Source: Escherichia phage S143_2. Taken from it: DNA of 64,000 nucleotides. Positions within the stretch are counted from its first letter, which is position 1, and every line of letters begins with the position of its first letter. Below are positions 29,814-42,849 of the stretch, one piece after another. The stretch lies in the sequence record MZ189261.1. One strand, written 5' to 3'. Position numbers and translations under genes: made by a program. The notes below the pieces were generated by a model. It saw only the letters and a list, made by a program, of their open reading frames with translations, ran no database searches and was not told where the DNA came from.

Positions 29814-30805
29814 TATTGAACCTTATTAATATAAGTTAACAGCTCTTTAGTTTGTTCCCAACTGATGCACGCATCGGTAATGGAAACGCCATAGGACATA
29901 TTATCAGAAATTTTTTGATTTCCTTCATGTAGGAATGATTCTATCATAATTCCTTTGACCAAATCATTAGCTGCTAAATTTTTACCAATACCAATTTGAT
30001 TGCTATAATACCCATCAGCGTTTGCGTGGCTACAGTCAACCATTACATAATGATTCAGACCTAATGCACTTGCTTTGTTAGAAGCTTCTTGAATATCAGA
30101 AGAATGATAGTTCGGGCCGTTAGTCCCGCCACGCAATACGATATGCGTATTCTGATTACCTTCAGCTTCAACAATGCCTACAGTACCATCGACGTCCATA
30201 CCCATATACCGATGAGGCCAGGCGGCACTATACATCGCGTCTGTAGCTACTTTAATAGAACCATTGGTTGCGTTCTTGAAGCCTACGCACATCGGTAGAC
30301 CTGAAGCAATTTCACGATGTGTCTGACTTTCAGTCGTACGGGCGCCAATAGCAACCCATGAGAAAATACCAGAAAGATACTTAATCGTGAATGGGTCTAA
30401 TACTTCAGTTGCTAATGGAAGTCCCATACGTAGAAGTTTACGACACAATGTTCGTGCAACTATAAGACCGTGGTTCATATCAAAACTTCCGTCAAGATAT
30501 GGATCATTTACAAGACCTTTCCAACCTACGGTAGTTCGAGGCTTTTCAAAATAAACGCGCATCACTAACAGAACATTAGGAAGACGAGTTTGAAGTTCAG
30601 CCAGACGTTTGCCGTATTCAACAGCAGCAATAGGGTCATGAATTGAACAAGGACCTACAACAATAAGTTTGCGTGGGTCTTCACCGTTCATAATCGAATT
30701 AACTTGTTCGCGATGAGAAGCCACTTGTGATGCGTAAGCTTCCGACAAAGGAATAATCTCAGCCAGTTCTTTTGGAGAAATAAGTTTTCTGACGACAGGT
30801 AACAT
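29813..30805 (-). CDS. 3-deoxy-D-arabino-heptulosonate-7-phosphate (DAHP) synthase, class I (AroG/AroF/AroH-like)
   Basis: 330 aa; conserved blocks VVGPCSIHD, MRVYFEKPRTTVGWKG, AIGARTTESQ, GFKN, IVLRGG, DCSHAN, ESFLHEGNQ, SITDACI colinear with E. coli AroG; stop overlaps cd start (TAATG). Confidence 0.85.
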   Translation of the reverse strand: MLPVVRKLISPKELAEIIPLSEAYASQVASHREQVNSIMNGEDPRKLIVVGPCSIHDPIAAVEYGKRLAELQTRLPNVLLVMRVYFEKPRTTVGWKGLVNDPYLDGSFDMNHGLIVARTLCRKLLRMGLPLATEVLDPFTIKYLSGIFSWVAIGARTTESQTHREIASGLPMCVGFKNATNGSIKVATDAMYSAAWPHRYMGMDVDGTVGIVEAEGNQNTHIVLRGGTNGPNYHSSDIQEASNKASALGLNHYVMVDCSHANADGYYSNQIGIGKNLAANDLVKGIMIESFLHEGNQKISDNMSYGVSITDACISWEQTKELLTYINKVQ

Positions 30806-30925
30806 AACAATCCTTAGGAGATATAAACAGATTCTGATTCAACAATACCTTTAACCGGATTAGACAGGCTAAGTTGGTAGTGCTAAGATTTATGACCATT
30901 CTCGATAGTAATGAGATAGCTCTCA

Positions 30926-31162
30926 TTATAGTGTTCCATATACTCGAGTTGCTTCAACAAGACCATCACTGCCTAATTTAAGGCTAGTAATCTGGTCACC
31001 ATCTTTAGGATTAACGATTATGAGAAAAGAACGAGGAGATTCTTGAATAACTCGTAATGTTGCATCTTGGAAACGTTCAGACACTTTATTGATGAGTGCT
31101 TGAGCAAATTCTTTTACTTTAATCTGAAATTCGTGTACTGTAATTGGGTTTTCACTTAGCAT
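30926..31162 (-). CDS. Hypothetical protein, 78 aa
   Basis: ORF with RBS GAGGA and early promoter at 31191..31220. Confidence 0.5.
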   Translation of the reverse strand: MLSENPITVHEFQIKVKEFAQALINKVSERFQDATLRVIQESPRSFLIIVNPKDGDQITSLKLGSDGLVEATRVYGTL

Positions 31163-31190
31163 TTCTATTTCCTCATTTGTTGGTAGAGTT

Positions 31191-31220
31191 ATAGTATCAC
31201 AACTCCACCATGTTGTAAAC
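31191..31220 (-). promoter_or_regulatory. Early promoter (GTTTAC / TACTAT)
   Basis: Upstream of ORF 30926..31162. Confidence 0.45.
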
Positions 31221-31222
31221 CA

Positions 31223-31498
31223 TTAAATTGCTTTGCATTCAATTTTTTGTGTACCGAAATTGATATCACATTGGATAACTAAATCGCCGTCAAGATCAAA
31301 TACCACTATGACGTGTGCAGACCCAGGGAGAAGAGTAATAGCAATAGAATCTACTTGGTCTGGGAGCAAAGCATTGAGTACATGAGTTAGTTGAGCATGA
31401 ACTCTGAGTTCGGCTGCATTATCAAGCACTTCAAACATATTATTAGCAATAATCTGACTGAAGACTACCTTTACAATTTCAGAATAAGTTGGGAACAT
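31223..31498 (-). CDS. Hypothetical protein, 91 aa
   Basis: ORF in cd-pseT interval (T4 cd.x position). Confidence 0.45.
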   Translation of the reverse strand: MFPTYSEIVKVVFSQIIANNMFEVLDNAAELRVHAQLTHVLNALLPDQVDSIAITLLPGSAHVIVVFDLDGDLVIQCDINFGTQKIECKAI

Positions 31499-31505
31499 AA
31501 TTACC

Positions 31506-31730
31506 TCAGTGCACAGTATTTACTTTAACTCGAACAACAAATCGCTCGGTTGGTTCACCTACAGGAACAAACTCTACATGATATTCACCTTTGTAACGAG
31601 TATTCAGATCATTACGAATTCCTGCGAGTTTGTTGATTAATGTAGGACTCATATTAAGTCCCACTAGTTTACGAAGCATTTTGTATGCTTCATCTTCGAT
31701 TTCATGATGTTTATCGTACATAGTTTTCAT
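31506..31730 (-). CDS. Hypothetical protein, 74 aa
   Basis: ORF in cd-pseT interval. Confidence 0.45.
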   Translation of the reverse strand: MKTMYDKHHEIEDEAYKMLRKLVGLNMSPTLINKLAGIRNDLNTRYKGEYHVEFVPVGEPTERFVVRVKVNTVH

Positions 31731-31901
31731 TTAACCATTCAATTGCCTGGTCGACGTTATCAAATATACTGCCGTCCAACCATTCTTCATGTTCATAGTC
31801 CAGCACATCAATGCCGAACCGTCCATTTACTAAAGGCCATACTACAAACAAATATTCTTTATGCTGTTCGATGGCCTCAATCACTTCATATAATCGTTTC
31901 A

Positions 31902-31902
<1 letters not shown>
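31711..31902 (-). CDS. Hypothetical protein, 63 aa
   Basis: ORF in cd-pseT interval, overlaps neighbours. Confidence 0.45.
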
Positions 31903-32988
<1,086 letters not shown>

Positions 32989-32989
<1 letters not shown>

Positions 32990-33288
32990 TATTTTATTCC
33001 TAAGAAAGTTTCAAGAATACGAATGTTATGCTCGCGCCGGTCTTTATTAATTTCAGCAACGTTTTTATTAATTGACGTACTTCTAACGTTTGAAGAAATA
33101 AATTTAATCATATGACTTTTGAGTTGTTGCAAATCCAACCCTTTTTCTTTAGCAGCTTTACGAAGAGCTTTACCTGCTTCATCTAGTGCCTTTGCTGCAT
33201 CTTTGTCATAATTGCCGAGTGACATTCCACGACAGATATCAATATACTCATCAGACCGTTTGATGTAATTCTCTAGTAATGTTTTCAT
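32989..33288 (-). CDS. Hypothetical protein, 99 aa
   Basis: ORF with RBS GAGGAAAT and early promoter at 33317..33346. Confidence 0.5.
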
Positions 33289-33316
33289 TTAGATTTCCTC
33301 AATTATCCATAGGAGC

Positions 33317-33346
33317 ATTATACTCTGCTCCTGAGAGTTTGTAAAC
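33317..33346 (-). promoter_or_regulatory. Early promoter (GTTTAC / TATAAT) with inverted repeat around -10
   Basis: Upstream of ORF 32989..33288; arms AGGAGCA/TGCTCCT flank the -10. Confidence 0.5.
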
Positions 33347-33570
33347 TATTTTACTAAAGATTCAATATACTCGTGAAGAGCTTTAGTCGCTACTGCCCAC
33401 TTATTCTGATATTCATTTTTCAGATTAGCACGAGACTGAACTAACAATCGGTCATTAGTCGGAGGCAAAGATTCTAATCGTTGAATCTGGCGCCCATAAA
33501 TCATAGCCGCCATTTCAGATTCATAGATAAGCCCTTTAATGTATTCATGTTGTTCTTTAGTCATTGGCAT
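33346..33570 (-). CDS. Hypothetical protein, 74 aa
   Basis: ORF downstream of spanin genes. Confidence 0.45.
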   Translation of the reverse strand: MPMTKEQHEYIKGLIYESEMAAMIYGRQIQRLESLPPTNDRLLVQSRANLKNEYQNKWAVATKALHEYIESLVK

Positions 33571-33851
33571 TTTTCCTCTTTTAAACCACTACGATAATAA
33601 CATATCATAGTCTTCTGGTCGTGTACATATCTTTTTACATCGTTTAACCAGATACGAAATTCTTGAGAGTCTTCAAATGGCATTCCAACCCACGGATTAC
33701 CATCAATAACCTTTACTTGCCATTTCTGGTTATATTCAACAATAGATTCAGGCCATGGCGGATGTAAAGTTTCTTTAGGGCTTAAGGGCACATCCTGGGC
33801 ACATCCGGCCAAAATGCCAATAGATAATACAACTGCGGTTAATTTAATCAT
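33561..33851 (-). CDS. Outer-membrane spanin (o-spanin, Rz1-like lipoprotein)
   Basis: 96 aa; lipoprotein signal with lipobox ILAGC; Cys residues in mature part; directly follows i-spanin with 4-nt overlap. Confidence 0.6.
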   Translation of the reverse strand: MIKLTAVVLSIGILAGCAQDVPLSPKETLHPPWPESIVEYNQKWQVKVIDGNPWVGMPFEDSQEFRIWLNDVKRYVHDQKTMICYYRSGLKEEKCQ

Positions 33852-34204
33852 TCTGAGAGCTTCCTGAGGTCTTCTGCAAAGGAATCGAAGGACCTGTTGA
33901 TTTGTTTTTCGACCAATCCTGGTTTACTTGCCACCACGTTCTTCTTCTTCGAATCCTTACGGAGCTTTTCATTTTCGGCCTTAAGTTGGTCAACTAAAAC
34001 ACGGTTCTTATAAGTCATTTCTTCGATTGACTGATATTGAACCTTGAAGTCGTCTAATACTTTAGCATTGTTTTTAGCGGTCTCTTTGACAGAAGCTAAT
34101 TCAGTATTCAACGAATCAACTTTGTTGTTTAAGACCACTATTGTTATCGTAGAAACTAGAGCAAAAGCTGCTACTATAGCATAAATCGGATTTACTTTAA
34201 GCAT
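33848..34204 (-). CDS. Inner-membrane spanin (i-spanin, Rz-like)
   Basis: 118 aa; N-terminal TM helix then charged coiled-coil region. Confidence 0.6.
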   Translation of the reverse strand: MLKVNPIYAIVAAFALVSTITIVVLNNKVDSLNTELASVKETAKNNAKVLDDFKVQYQSIEEMTYKNRVLVDQLKAENEKLRKDSKKKNVVASKPGLVEKQINRSFDSFAEDLRKLSE

Positions 34205-34692
34205 GTTTTAATAATCTCAATGATTTCATCTCGGGATAAACCATTAATAAGAACGGTTTTCAAACCATCACACTGGATTTTGTACGATTCAAACAATACA
34301 CACAACTCTTCTGCTGTATGATATGGACTTGAAATTCCGAGGCGGTTGAATTTGTCGGTAAGAGGGTCGCAAATAATGTAGAATTTTATACCTGCGATAT
34401 GTACATTCGGTTGACTAATATTAATGAACACATTAGCGTCATATTTAGTCAAATTGTTTTGAAGAAATTCTACCATGGCATTAACTGCTTCTGGCATCGC
34501 TTCACGTTTCTCTTCGGCGTAACGTGTTGAATATTCCTTTTGCTTTAACTTCTTTTTAGCATTTTTCGCTAGAGTAGTACGAAGGTCCGTAAGATAACCA
34601 ACTGCACGGCCTTTCTTAAAGACCCGGATTCCATCTGTAGAATCACCAAATGCTGCCACAACCATATCGTTAGTAATCAATTGCATATTCAT
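34192..34692 (-). CDS. Hypothetical protein, 166 aa, at the position of T4 alc
   Basis: Start set at internal ATG 34692 (RBS GAGGAG) which lies downstream of an early promoter; size and position fit T4 Alc (167 aa) but sequence identity could not be confirmed from memory. Confidence 0.45.
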   Translation of the reverse strand: MNMQLITNDMVVAAFGDSTDGIRVFKKGRAVGYLTDLRTTLAKNAKKKLKQKEYSTRYAEEKREAMPEAVNAMVEFLQNNLTKYDANVFINISQPNVHIAGIKFYIICDPLTDKFNRLGISSPYHTAEELCVLFESYKIQCDGLKTVLINGLSRDEIIEIIKTCLK

Positions 34693-34722
34693 AATTTTCT
34701 CCTCGTGATGTTGATAAAAACC

Positions 34723-34752
34723 ATAGTAACACCTTCCTTGGTGTTTGTAAAC
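34723..34752 (-). promoter_or_regulatory. Early promoter (GTTTAC / TACTAT)
   Basis: Just downstream of rnlA stop, upstream of ORF 34192..34692. Confidence 0.45.
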
Positions 34753-34754
34753 CA

Positions 34755-35888
<1,134 letters not shown>

Positions 35889-35905
35889 TCAGTTAGTTTT
35901 TTTAA

Positions 35906-35935
35906 ATTGTACCACAATCCTTGTGGCATGTAAAC
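35906..35935 (-). promoter_or_regulatory. Early promoter (GTTTAC / TACAAT)
   Basis: Upstream of rnlA ATG at 35879. Confidence 0.45.
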
Positions 35936-36345
35936 TACTTTTTCTTATGTTGGATATTCCAAGGCGGGTTGAACTTTTTGATAAAAAGCGGTTCTTCAAG
36001 GTCCATTGTTGCGATGGTCATTGAACCAAGTTCGTTGGTGACTGAAAGGTCAAAACATTGGCGGGCCCAGAATTCAACCTTTTTGCCTTGCATTAAGGCA
36101 TCCAAAATCATAAGTGATTTTCTTGAATCTGAAGTCTGGTCTTTTCGATTTATGGCTGTTCGATAATAGTTAATGCGTTTCTTTAAATTCTTGGTTTTAC
36201 CAATATACACAAGTTCGTCATCTATAGCAATAGCGTATATGACATTTTTCTTATTAGGGACATCAACTGTTTTAATTGTTGCATCTTCTAATAGCTCCAA
36301 TTCTGTATATTTAATAAAGGAATATTCGGCGGCAATATCTTTCAT
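35935..36345 (-). CDS. denA: Endonuclease II (GIY-YIG family)
   Basis: 136 aa (T4 EndoII 136 aa); GIY-YIG-like motif VIYAIAIDDELVYIGKT...R..YY; T4 synteny. Confidence 0.7.
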   Translation of the reverse strand: MKDIAAEYSFIKYTELELLEDATIKTVDVPNKKNVIYAIAIDDELVYIGKTKNLKKRINYYRTAINRKDQTSDSRKSLMILDALMQGKKVEFWARQCFDLSVTNELGSMTIATMDLEEPLFIKKFNPPWNIQHKKK

Positions 36346-36367
36346 AATAAAGTGGGACCGAAGTCCC
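36346..36367 (-). terminator. Intercistronic hairpin between nrdB and denA (possible attenuator)
   Basis: GGGAC-UUCG-GUCCC on - strand RNA followed by U-rich tract; lies between nrdB stop and denA start. Confidence 0.45.
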
Positions 36368-36371
36368 GTCC

Positions 36372-37511
36372 TTAGAAATATTTTTTGTATGAATTGATTA
36401 CATTTTGGTCTACATCATTATCAATTTGTGCGACAAGATAAGAACTGATTTCAACTTCCTGAGGAGCTGCTTGAACTAAATCAGAGTTCAGATATTCACG
36501 AATCCAAGGATACGGATGCTTGGTCGGAGCATCAGTGATTGGGCAGGGCAAACCACACTGTTTCATACGAGACACAGTCAAGTAATCAACAAAAGCACAC
36601 ATACTCTGCGTATTGATACCTGGACATGTACCGTCTTTAAAGAGGTGTGCAGCCCATTCCTTCTCTTGACGGTTAACTTCCATAAAAATGTCAACTGCTT
36701 CTTGTTCACATTCTTTAGCAATTTGAACCCACTCATCGCCGTCAATACCAGATTGAAGTTGACGAATAATGTACTGAGTACCCTTGAGGTGGAGTTGTTC
36801 GTCACGAGCAATGAACTTCATAATCTTTGCATTACCTTCCATAATTTCCATATTTTTATGGAAGTTGAAAGTACATGCAAATGATACGTAAAAACGAATA
36901 GCTTCCAGAGCGTTGATTACGTGCAGACAGAGGTAAAGAGAACGCATTAGTTCGTATTTAGCCTGTTTTACGCCTTCGCTAAACTCGTGATATTCTTCTA
37001 AAGCATTCTGGTAAAGGCGAGTCTTGACTAGAACATCATCGTAATATTTACCTATTGATTCAGCTCGTTTCATGATTGCTTCGTCTAATACAATTTCATC
37101 AAATACCTTAGATGGATCCGTATAAAGATTTCGCATAATATGAGTATACGAACGAGAGTGAATAGTTTCACTGAATGTCCATGTTGCAACCCACGTATCT
37201 AATGAAGGGTCGGAAATCAGTGCCATAAGTACCGCAGATGGGGCCCTGCCTTGGATAGAATCTAATAATGATTGATACTTAAGATTGTTTGTAAAGATGT
37301 CCTGTTGGAACTGAGGAAGCTTATTGAACTGCGCAGAGTCCAACATCAAGTTTACCTCTTCTGGGCGCCAAAAAAACGATAATTGCTTTTCGGTCAAATC
37401 TTCAAAAACTTTATGGCGTTGAATATCATAACGCGCAATACCAAGACCAGAACCAAAGAACATCGGTTCATTCAAAACATCGACTTGTTGTGTGTTAAAA
37501 ACTGTACTCAT
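36372..37511 (-). CDS. nrdB: Ribonucleotide reductase small subunit NrdB (uninterrupted)
   Basis: 379 aa contiguous ORF; T4 synteny. Confidence 0.9.
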   Translation of the reverse strand: MSTVFNTQQVDVLNEPMFFGSGLGIARYDIQRHKVFEDLTEKQLSFFWRPEEVNLMLDSAQFNKLPQFQQDIFTNNLKYQSLLDSIQGRAPSAVLMALISDPSLDTWVATWTFSETIHSRSYTHIMRNLYTDPSKVFDEIVLDEAIMKRAESIGKYYDDVLVKTRLYQNALEEYHEFSEGVKQAKYELMRSLYLCLHVINALEAIRFYVSFACTFNFHKNMEIMEGNAKIMKFIARDEQLHLKGTQYIIRQLQSGIDGDEWVQIAKECEQEAVDIFMEVNRQEKEWAAHLFKDGTCPGINTQSMCAFVDYLTVSRMKQCGLPCPITDAPTKHPYPWIREYLNSDLVQAAPQEVEISSYLVAQIDNDVDQNVINSYKKYF

Positions 37512-37564
37512 TATATTTTCTCACTTAGTTTAACTCATCCATGAGTAAATTATAATCAAAAGTC

Positions 37565-39820
37565 TTAAAGCTTACAAGCAGAACAATCTTCAGCTTTAGG
37601 TGTTTCTAATTCATAGTCATCTGTACCTGACCCATCACGAGTGTTATGATAGTAGAGATTTTTTCCGCCAAAGTACCAGAAGTAAAGTAGATCGTCAAGC
37701 ATTACTGACATTGGTACTTTACCTTTCTCAAATACTGCAGGGTCATAGTAAGTATTAGCAGAAGCAGATTGGCACACCCATTTCAACATGATAGCAACTT
37801 GGGTCAAATAAGGTTTATTACCTTTCTTGGCAAGTTTCCACGCGTAGTCGTAAAGACTCATGTTATGTTCTATATTAGGAACAACCTGACGGAAGTTGCC
37901 TTCTTTAGATTCTTTAATACTTACTGGACCACGCGGGGGCTCAATCCCGTTTGTAGAGTTTGATACTTGGCTGCTTGACTCACAAGGCATGAGTGCAGAC
38001 AACGTTGAGTTACGAATTCCGTGTTCTTTGAGTTCAGCTCGAAGTTCTTCCCAGTCACAGACGTAGTTCGGGGCTGCGATTTGGTCAATCTTTTTATTGT
38101 ACCAGTCGATAGGTAATTCGCCTCTAGACCATTTAGTGTCTGAATAATACTCGCAACATCCTTTTTCTTTGGCGAGTTTGATTGAAGCTTTGATAAGGCC
38201 ATATTGCAATCTCTCAAACAATTCATGAGTCAAATCGTTAGCGTCTTCATACGAAGCAAAGTTAGAAGCTAACCATGCAGCATAGTTCGTAACACCAACA
38301 CCAAGATTACGACGCTTTTTAGCTTTTAAAGCTTCTGGAACCGGATAATCTTGATAGTCTAACAGGTTATCAAGTGCACGTACTTGTACTTCAGCAAGTT
38401 CATTAATTTTATCTTGGTCTTGCCAATCAAATTTATCTAATACAAAAGCAGATAATGTGCATAAACCAATTTCAGCATCGGGACCATTCACATCATTAGT
38501 TGGAATAGCGATTTCACAACATAAGTTACTCTGACGAATTGGAGCTTTTTCACGAATAAATGGAGTGTAGTTATTCGTGTTATCAACAAACTGTGGATAA
38601 ATTCGAGCAGTACCAGAACGTTCAGTCATGAACAATTCAAAGAGTTCTAGTGCTTTGATTCTTTTCTTTCTGATTGTTGGGTCTTTTTCAGCTTTCTCAT
38701 AAAGCTCACGGAATTTATCTTGGTCTTCAAAGAACGAGTAGTATAGTTCGCCTGACATTTCGTGAGGGCTAAATAAAGTAATATAATCATTTTTACCAAG
38801 GCGTTCCATCATAAGGTCATTAATCTGAATTCCGTAGTCCATATGACGAATACGGTTTTCATCCACACCTTTGTTATTTTTCAGAACTAATAGGTTCTCT
38901 ACTTCTAAGTGCCACATCGGATAATACGCTGTAGCAGCACCACCACGAATACCACCTTGAGAACAAGATTTTACTGCAGTTTGGAAATGTTTCCAGAATG
39001 GAATAACACCTGTATGTCGAACTTCACCCATACCGATCTTAGAACCTTCTGCACGAAGCATACCAACGTTGATACCGATACCAGCTCGTTTAGAAATATA
39101 TTCAATAATTGATGCTGAAGTTTTGTTAATAGATTTTAACGAATCACCTGCTTCAATAACTACACAACTAGAGAACTGGCGAGTCGGAGTACGAGCACCT
39201 GCCATAATTGGGGTAGGCAATGAAACTTGATGAGTAGAAACGGCATCATAAAAACGAATAATATGTTTCAAACGGTCATGAGTTTCGTCTTGGTGTAAGG
39301 CCATACCAATAGCCATGATAGCAAACTGTGGAGTTTCATAAATCTTCCCGGTTGTTTTATCTTTAACTAGATATTTTTCTTTAAGCTGCATAGCACCAGC
39401 ATAAGTCAGGTCAAAGTCTCGTTCATGTTTAATCTGTGAATCGAGATAAATGATTTCTTCTGCTGAATATTGAGACAACAACTCAGGGTCATATTTGCCT
39501 TCATTAACACAGTAAGAAATATGGTCGATAAAAGCAGGCGGTTCAAACTGCCCGTATACATCTTTACGAAGTGCAAACATTAATCCTTTAGCGGCGACAT
39601 ACTGATAATCAGGTTCTTCGACAGAAATCGAGTTAGCTGCAACTTTAATACAAATCTTCTGAATATCTTTGGTGCTCATCCCATCGACAAGATGGGTCTT
39701 AATTTCTTCGTACAATTCATATGGGTCAATTTGTGTTCCTTCACATTGCCAAGTTAAAACTTGAATAATTTTCTGTGCATCAAAATTTTGGGATACACCA
39801 CTGCTCTTAGTTACTTGCAT
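37565..39820 (-). CDS. nrdA: Ribonucleotide reductase large subunit NrdA
   Basis: 751 aa (T4 NrdA 754 aa); C-terminal CxxC...CSACKL tail. Confidence 0.95.
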   Translation of the reverse strand: MQVTKSSGVSQNFDAQKIIQVLTWQCEGTQIDPYELYEEIKTHLVDGMSTKDIQKICIKVAANSISVEEPDYQYVAAKGLMFALRKDVYGQFEPPAFIDHISYCVNEGKYDPELLSQYSAEEIIYLDSQIKHERDFDLTYAGAMQLKEKYLVKDKTTGKIYETPQFAIMAIGMALHQDETHDRLKHIIRFYDAVSTHQVSLPTPIMAGARTPTRQFSSCVVIEAGDSLKSINKTSASIIEYISKRAGIGINVGMLRAEGSKIGMGEVRHTGVIPFWKHFQTAVKSCSQGGIRGGAATAYYPMWHLEVENLLVLKNNKGVDENRIRHMDYGIQINDLMMERLGKNDYITLFSPHEMSGELYYSFFEDQDKFRELYEKAEKDPTIRKKRIKALELFELFMTERSGTARIYPQFVDNTNNYTPFIREKAPIRQSNLCCEIAIPTNDVNGPDAEIGLCTLSAFVLDKFDWQDQDKINELAEVQVRALDNLLDYQDYPVPEALKAKKRRNLGVGVTNYAAWLASNFASYEDANDLTHELFERLQYGLIKASIKLAKEKGCCEYYSDTKWSRGELPIDWYNKKIDQIAAPNYVCDWEELRAELKEHGIRNSTLSALMPCESSSQVSNSTNGIEPPRGPVSIKESKEGNFRQVVPNIEHNMSLYDYAWKLAKKGNKPYLTQVAIMLKWVCQSASANTYYDPAVFEKGKVPMSVMLDDLLYFWYFGGKNLYYHNTRDGSGTDDYELETPKAEDCSACKL

Positions 39821-39907
39821 ATAGTCCTCAGTATAGGTTGATAGACATTACTCCAAACGGGATAGTATTTATCCCGTTAATTTATTATACACTTTTAAAC
39901 TGAAGCG

Positions 39908-40162
39908 TTAATTATCCTCAGCAATAATTTCTTCGTATTCTTTAGGTGTCAAGACTGTGATATCGAAATAAACCACCGGTTCTTTTTCTATACCGTAACC
40001 ACCACAAAATTCACGATATCCATAAATTCGTTCGTGTGAATAGCAAATGAATCGCTCACCTTTAACTGTGATTTCACTATTCGGTGAAGGGATATCCAGT
40101 TCGGTAGGATTTTTCATTTCAAAAATTGTGGTGCCATATGAATTAATAAAACGTAAAATCAT
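39908..40162 (-). CDS. Hypothetical protein, 84 aa
   Basis: ORF between td and nrdA. Confidence 0.45.
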   Translation of the reverse strand: MILRFINSYGTTIFEMKNPTELDIPSPNSEITVKGERFICYSHERIYGYREFCGGYGIEKEPVVYFDITVLTPKEYEEIIAEDN

Positions 40163-40163
40163 T

Positions 40164-41849
<1,686 letters not shown>

Positions 41850-41851
41850 AA

Positions 41852-42100
41852 TTATTTCCTCAGATTTTTCTTAACAACTTTCCAATCAGCTTTAAACTGA
41901 TCGACGTCAGAATGATAAATCCAGAATCCTGCACTTTCACCATCTTCGTAGAGTGGACATCCATCACATTCTTCGTTCCAACCCATTTCTCGTAAAGCTT
42001 CTTCAGCTTGTTCAAGGAGTTCAGCGTCTTTACCGACGATGTTGAAGTACCATTTACCTCTAACTTCCGAATCTTTGATGCTCTGGCGTTGCAATCTCAT
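41852..42100 (-). CDS. Hypothetical protein, 82 aa
   Basis: ORF with RBS GGAGAAT and early promoter at 42136..42165. Confidence 0.5.
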   Translation of the reverse strand: MRLQRQSIKDSEVRGKWYFNIVGKDAELLEQAEEALREMGWNEECDGCPLYEDGESAGFWIYHSDVDQFKADWKVVKKNLRK

Positions 42101-42135
42101 TTTATTCTCCGCTTCACTTTTGATTTGATAGGGCT

Positions 42136-42165
42136 ACTATAACATAGCCCTATCTTGTTATAAAC
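42136..42165 (-). promoter_or_regulatory. Early promoter (GTTTAT / TATAGT) with perfect 10-bp inverted repeat around -10
   Basis: Arms GATAGGGCTA (42127..42136) and TAGCCCTATC (42145..42154); upstream of ORF 41852..42100. Confidence 0.5.
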
Positions 42166-42557
42166 TACTTTTTAAAAGTTTTTTGCAAAAGTTCAATGAC
42201 TTCGTCGACGTTGGTTTCATCTACAATACAATGTATTTTTGTTACACCTAAAGCTATACCTTTGTTAGTAGGTTGAGGCTTTACTAAATCTACCTCAGTA
42301 AAGTATTTGAACTCGTTAGGATAAATCTCAAAATAAGTTTCAATTTCACCACCAGCAGAACATACCGTACCATCTTCCATAGTTACACTTACTACGTTTG
42401 ACGTATCGCTATCATAATCAGGTTCCATTCCGTTTACAACAAAACTAGGCCCGTGGAGTTCAATCAATTTTAACATCTTAGCGTTATTGTGTGGTGCTTC
42501 TTGAACAAAGTCGTCTTTAAACAAAGGGTTAATGATATAAGATTTTCCGATTTCCAT
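42165..42557 (-). CDS. Hypothetical protein, 130 aa
   Basis: Start at internal ATG 42557 with RBS GAGGAAAT; avoids overlap with upstream ORF. Confidence 0.45.
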   Translation of the reverse strand: MEIGKSYIINPLFKDDFVQEAPHNNAKMLKLIELHGPSFVVNGMEPDYDSDTSNVVSVTMEDGTVCSAGGEIETYFEIYPNEFKYFTEVDLVKPQPTNKGIALGVTKIHCIVDETNVDEVIELLQKTFKK

Positions 42558-42567
42558 TTTGATTTCC

Positions 42568-42819
42568 TCATTTGTTGATGTGTTGTAATAAAGATTCTGC
42601 AAACATCTCATATGATTCCAGGTGTTCTTCTTTAATGCGAACTGCATGATTATCACCCGAAGAATAGAACATCTGTACGATAAGAGCTTCGTAATCAGAC
42701 GAAATACATGCTACGTTTTCCGGCTTCAGGCATTCATTGTATGTCGCAACTGGGTCAGTGAAAGCTGCAACGTTTTTGCTACCGCAGTAATCCATACTTC
42801 TTTGAATAATAAAAATCAT
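42568..42819 (-). CDS. Hypothetical protein, 83 aa
   Basis: ORF with early promoter at 42850..42878. Confidence 0.45.
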   Translation of the reverse strand: MIFIIQRSMDYCGSKNVAAFTDPVATYNECLKPENVACISSDYEALIVQMFYSSGDNHAVRIKEEHLESYEMFAESLLQHINK

Positions 42820-42849
42820 TTTATTTTCCTCTCATTTGTTGATAAGTCT

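Noticed and set aside
35935-36345. GIY-YIG protein as a possible homing endonuclease or mobile element
   Set aside because: Size (136 aa), position between rnlA and nrdB and lack of an associated intron or extra DNA-binding domain fit endonuclease II (denA), not a homing endonuclease
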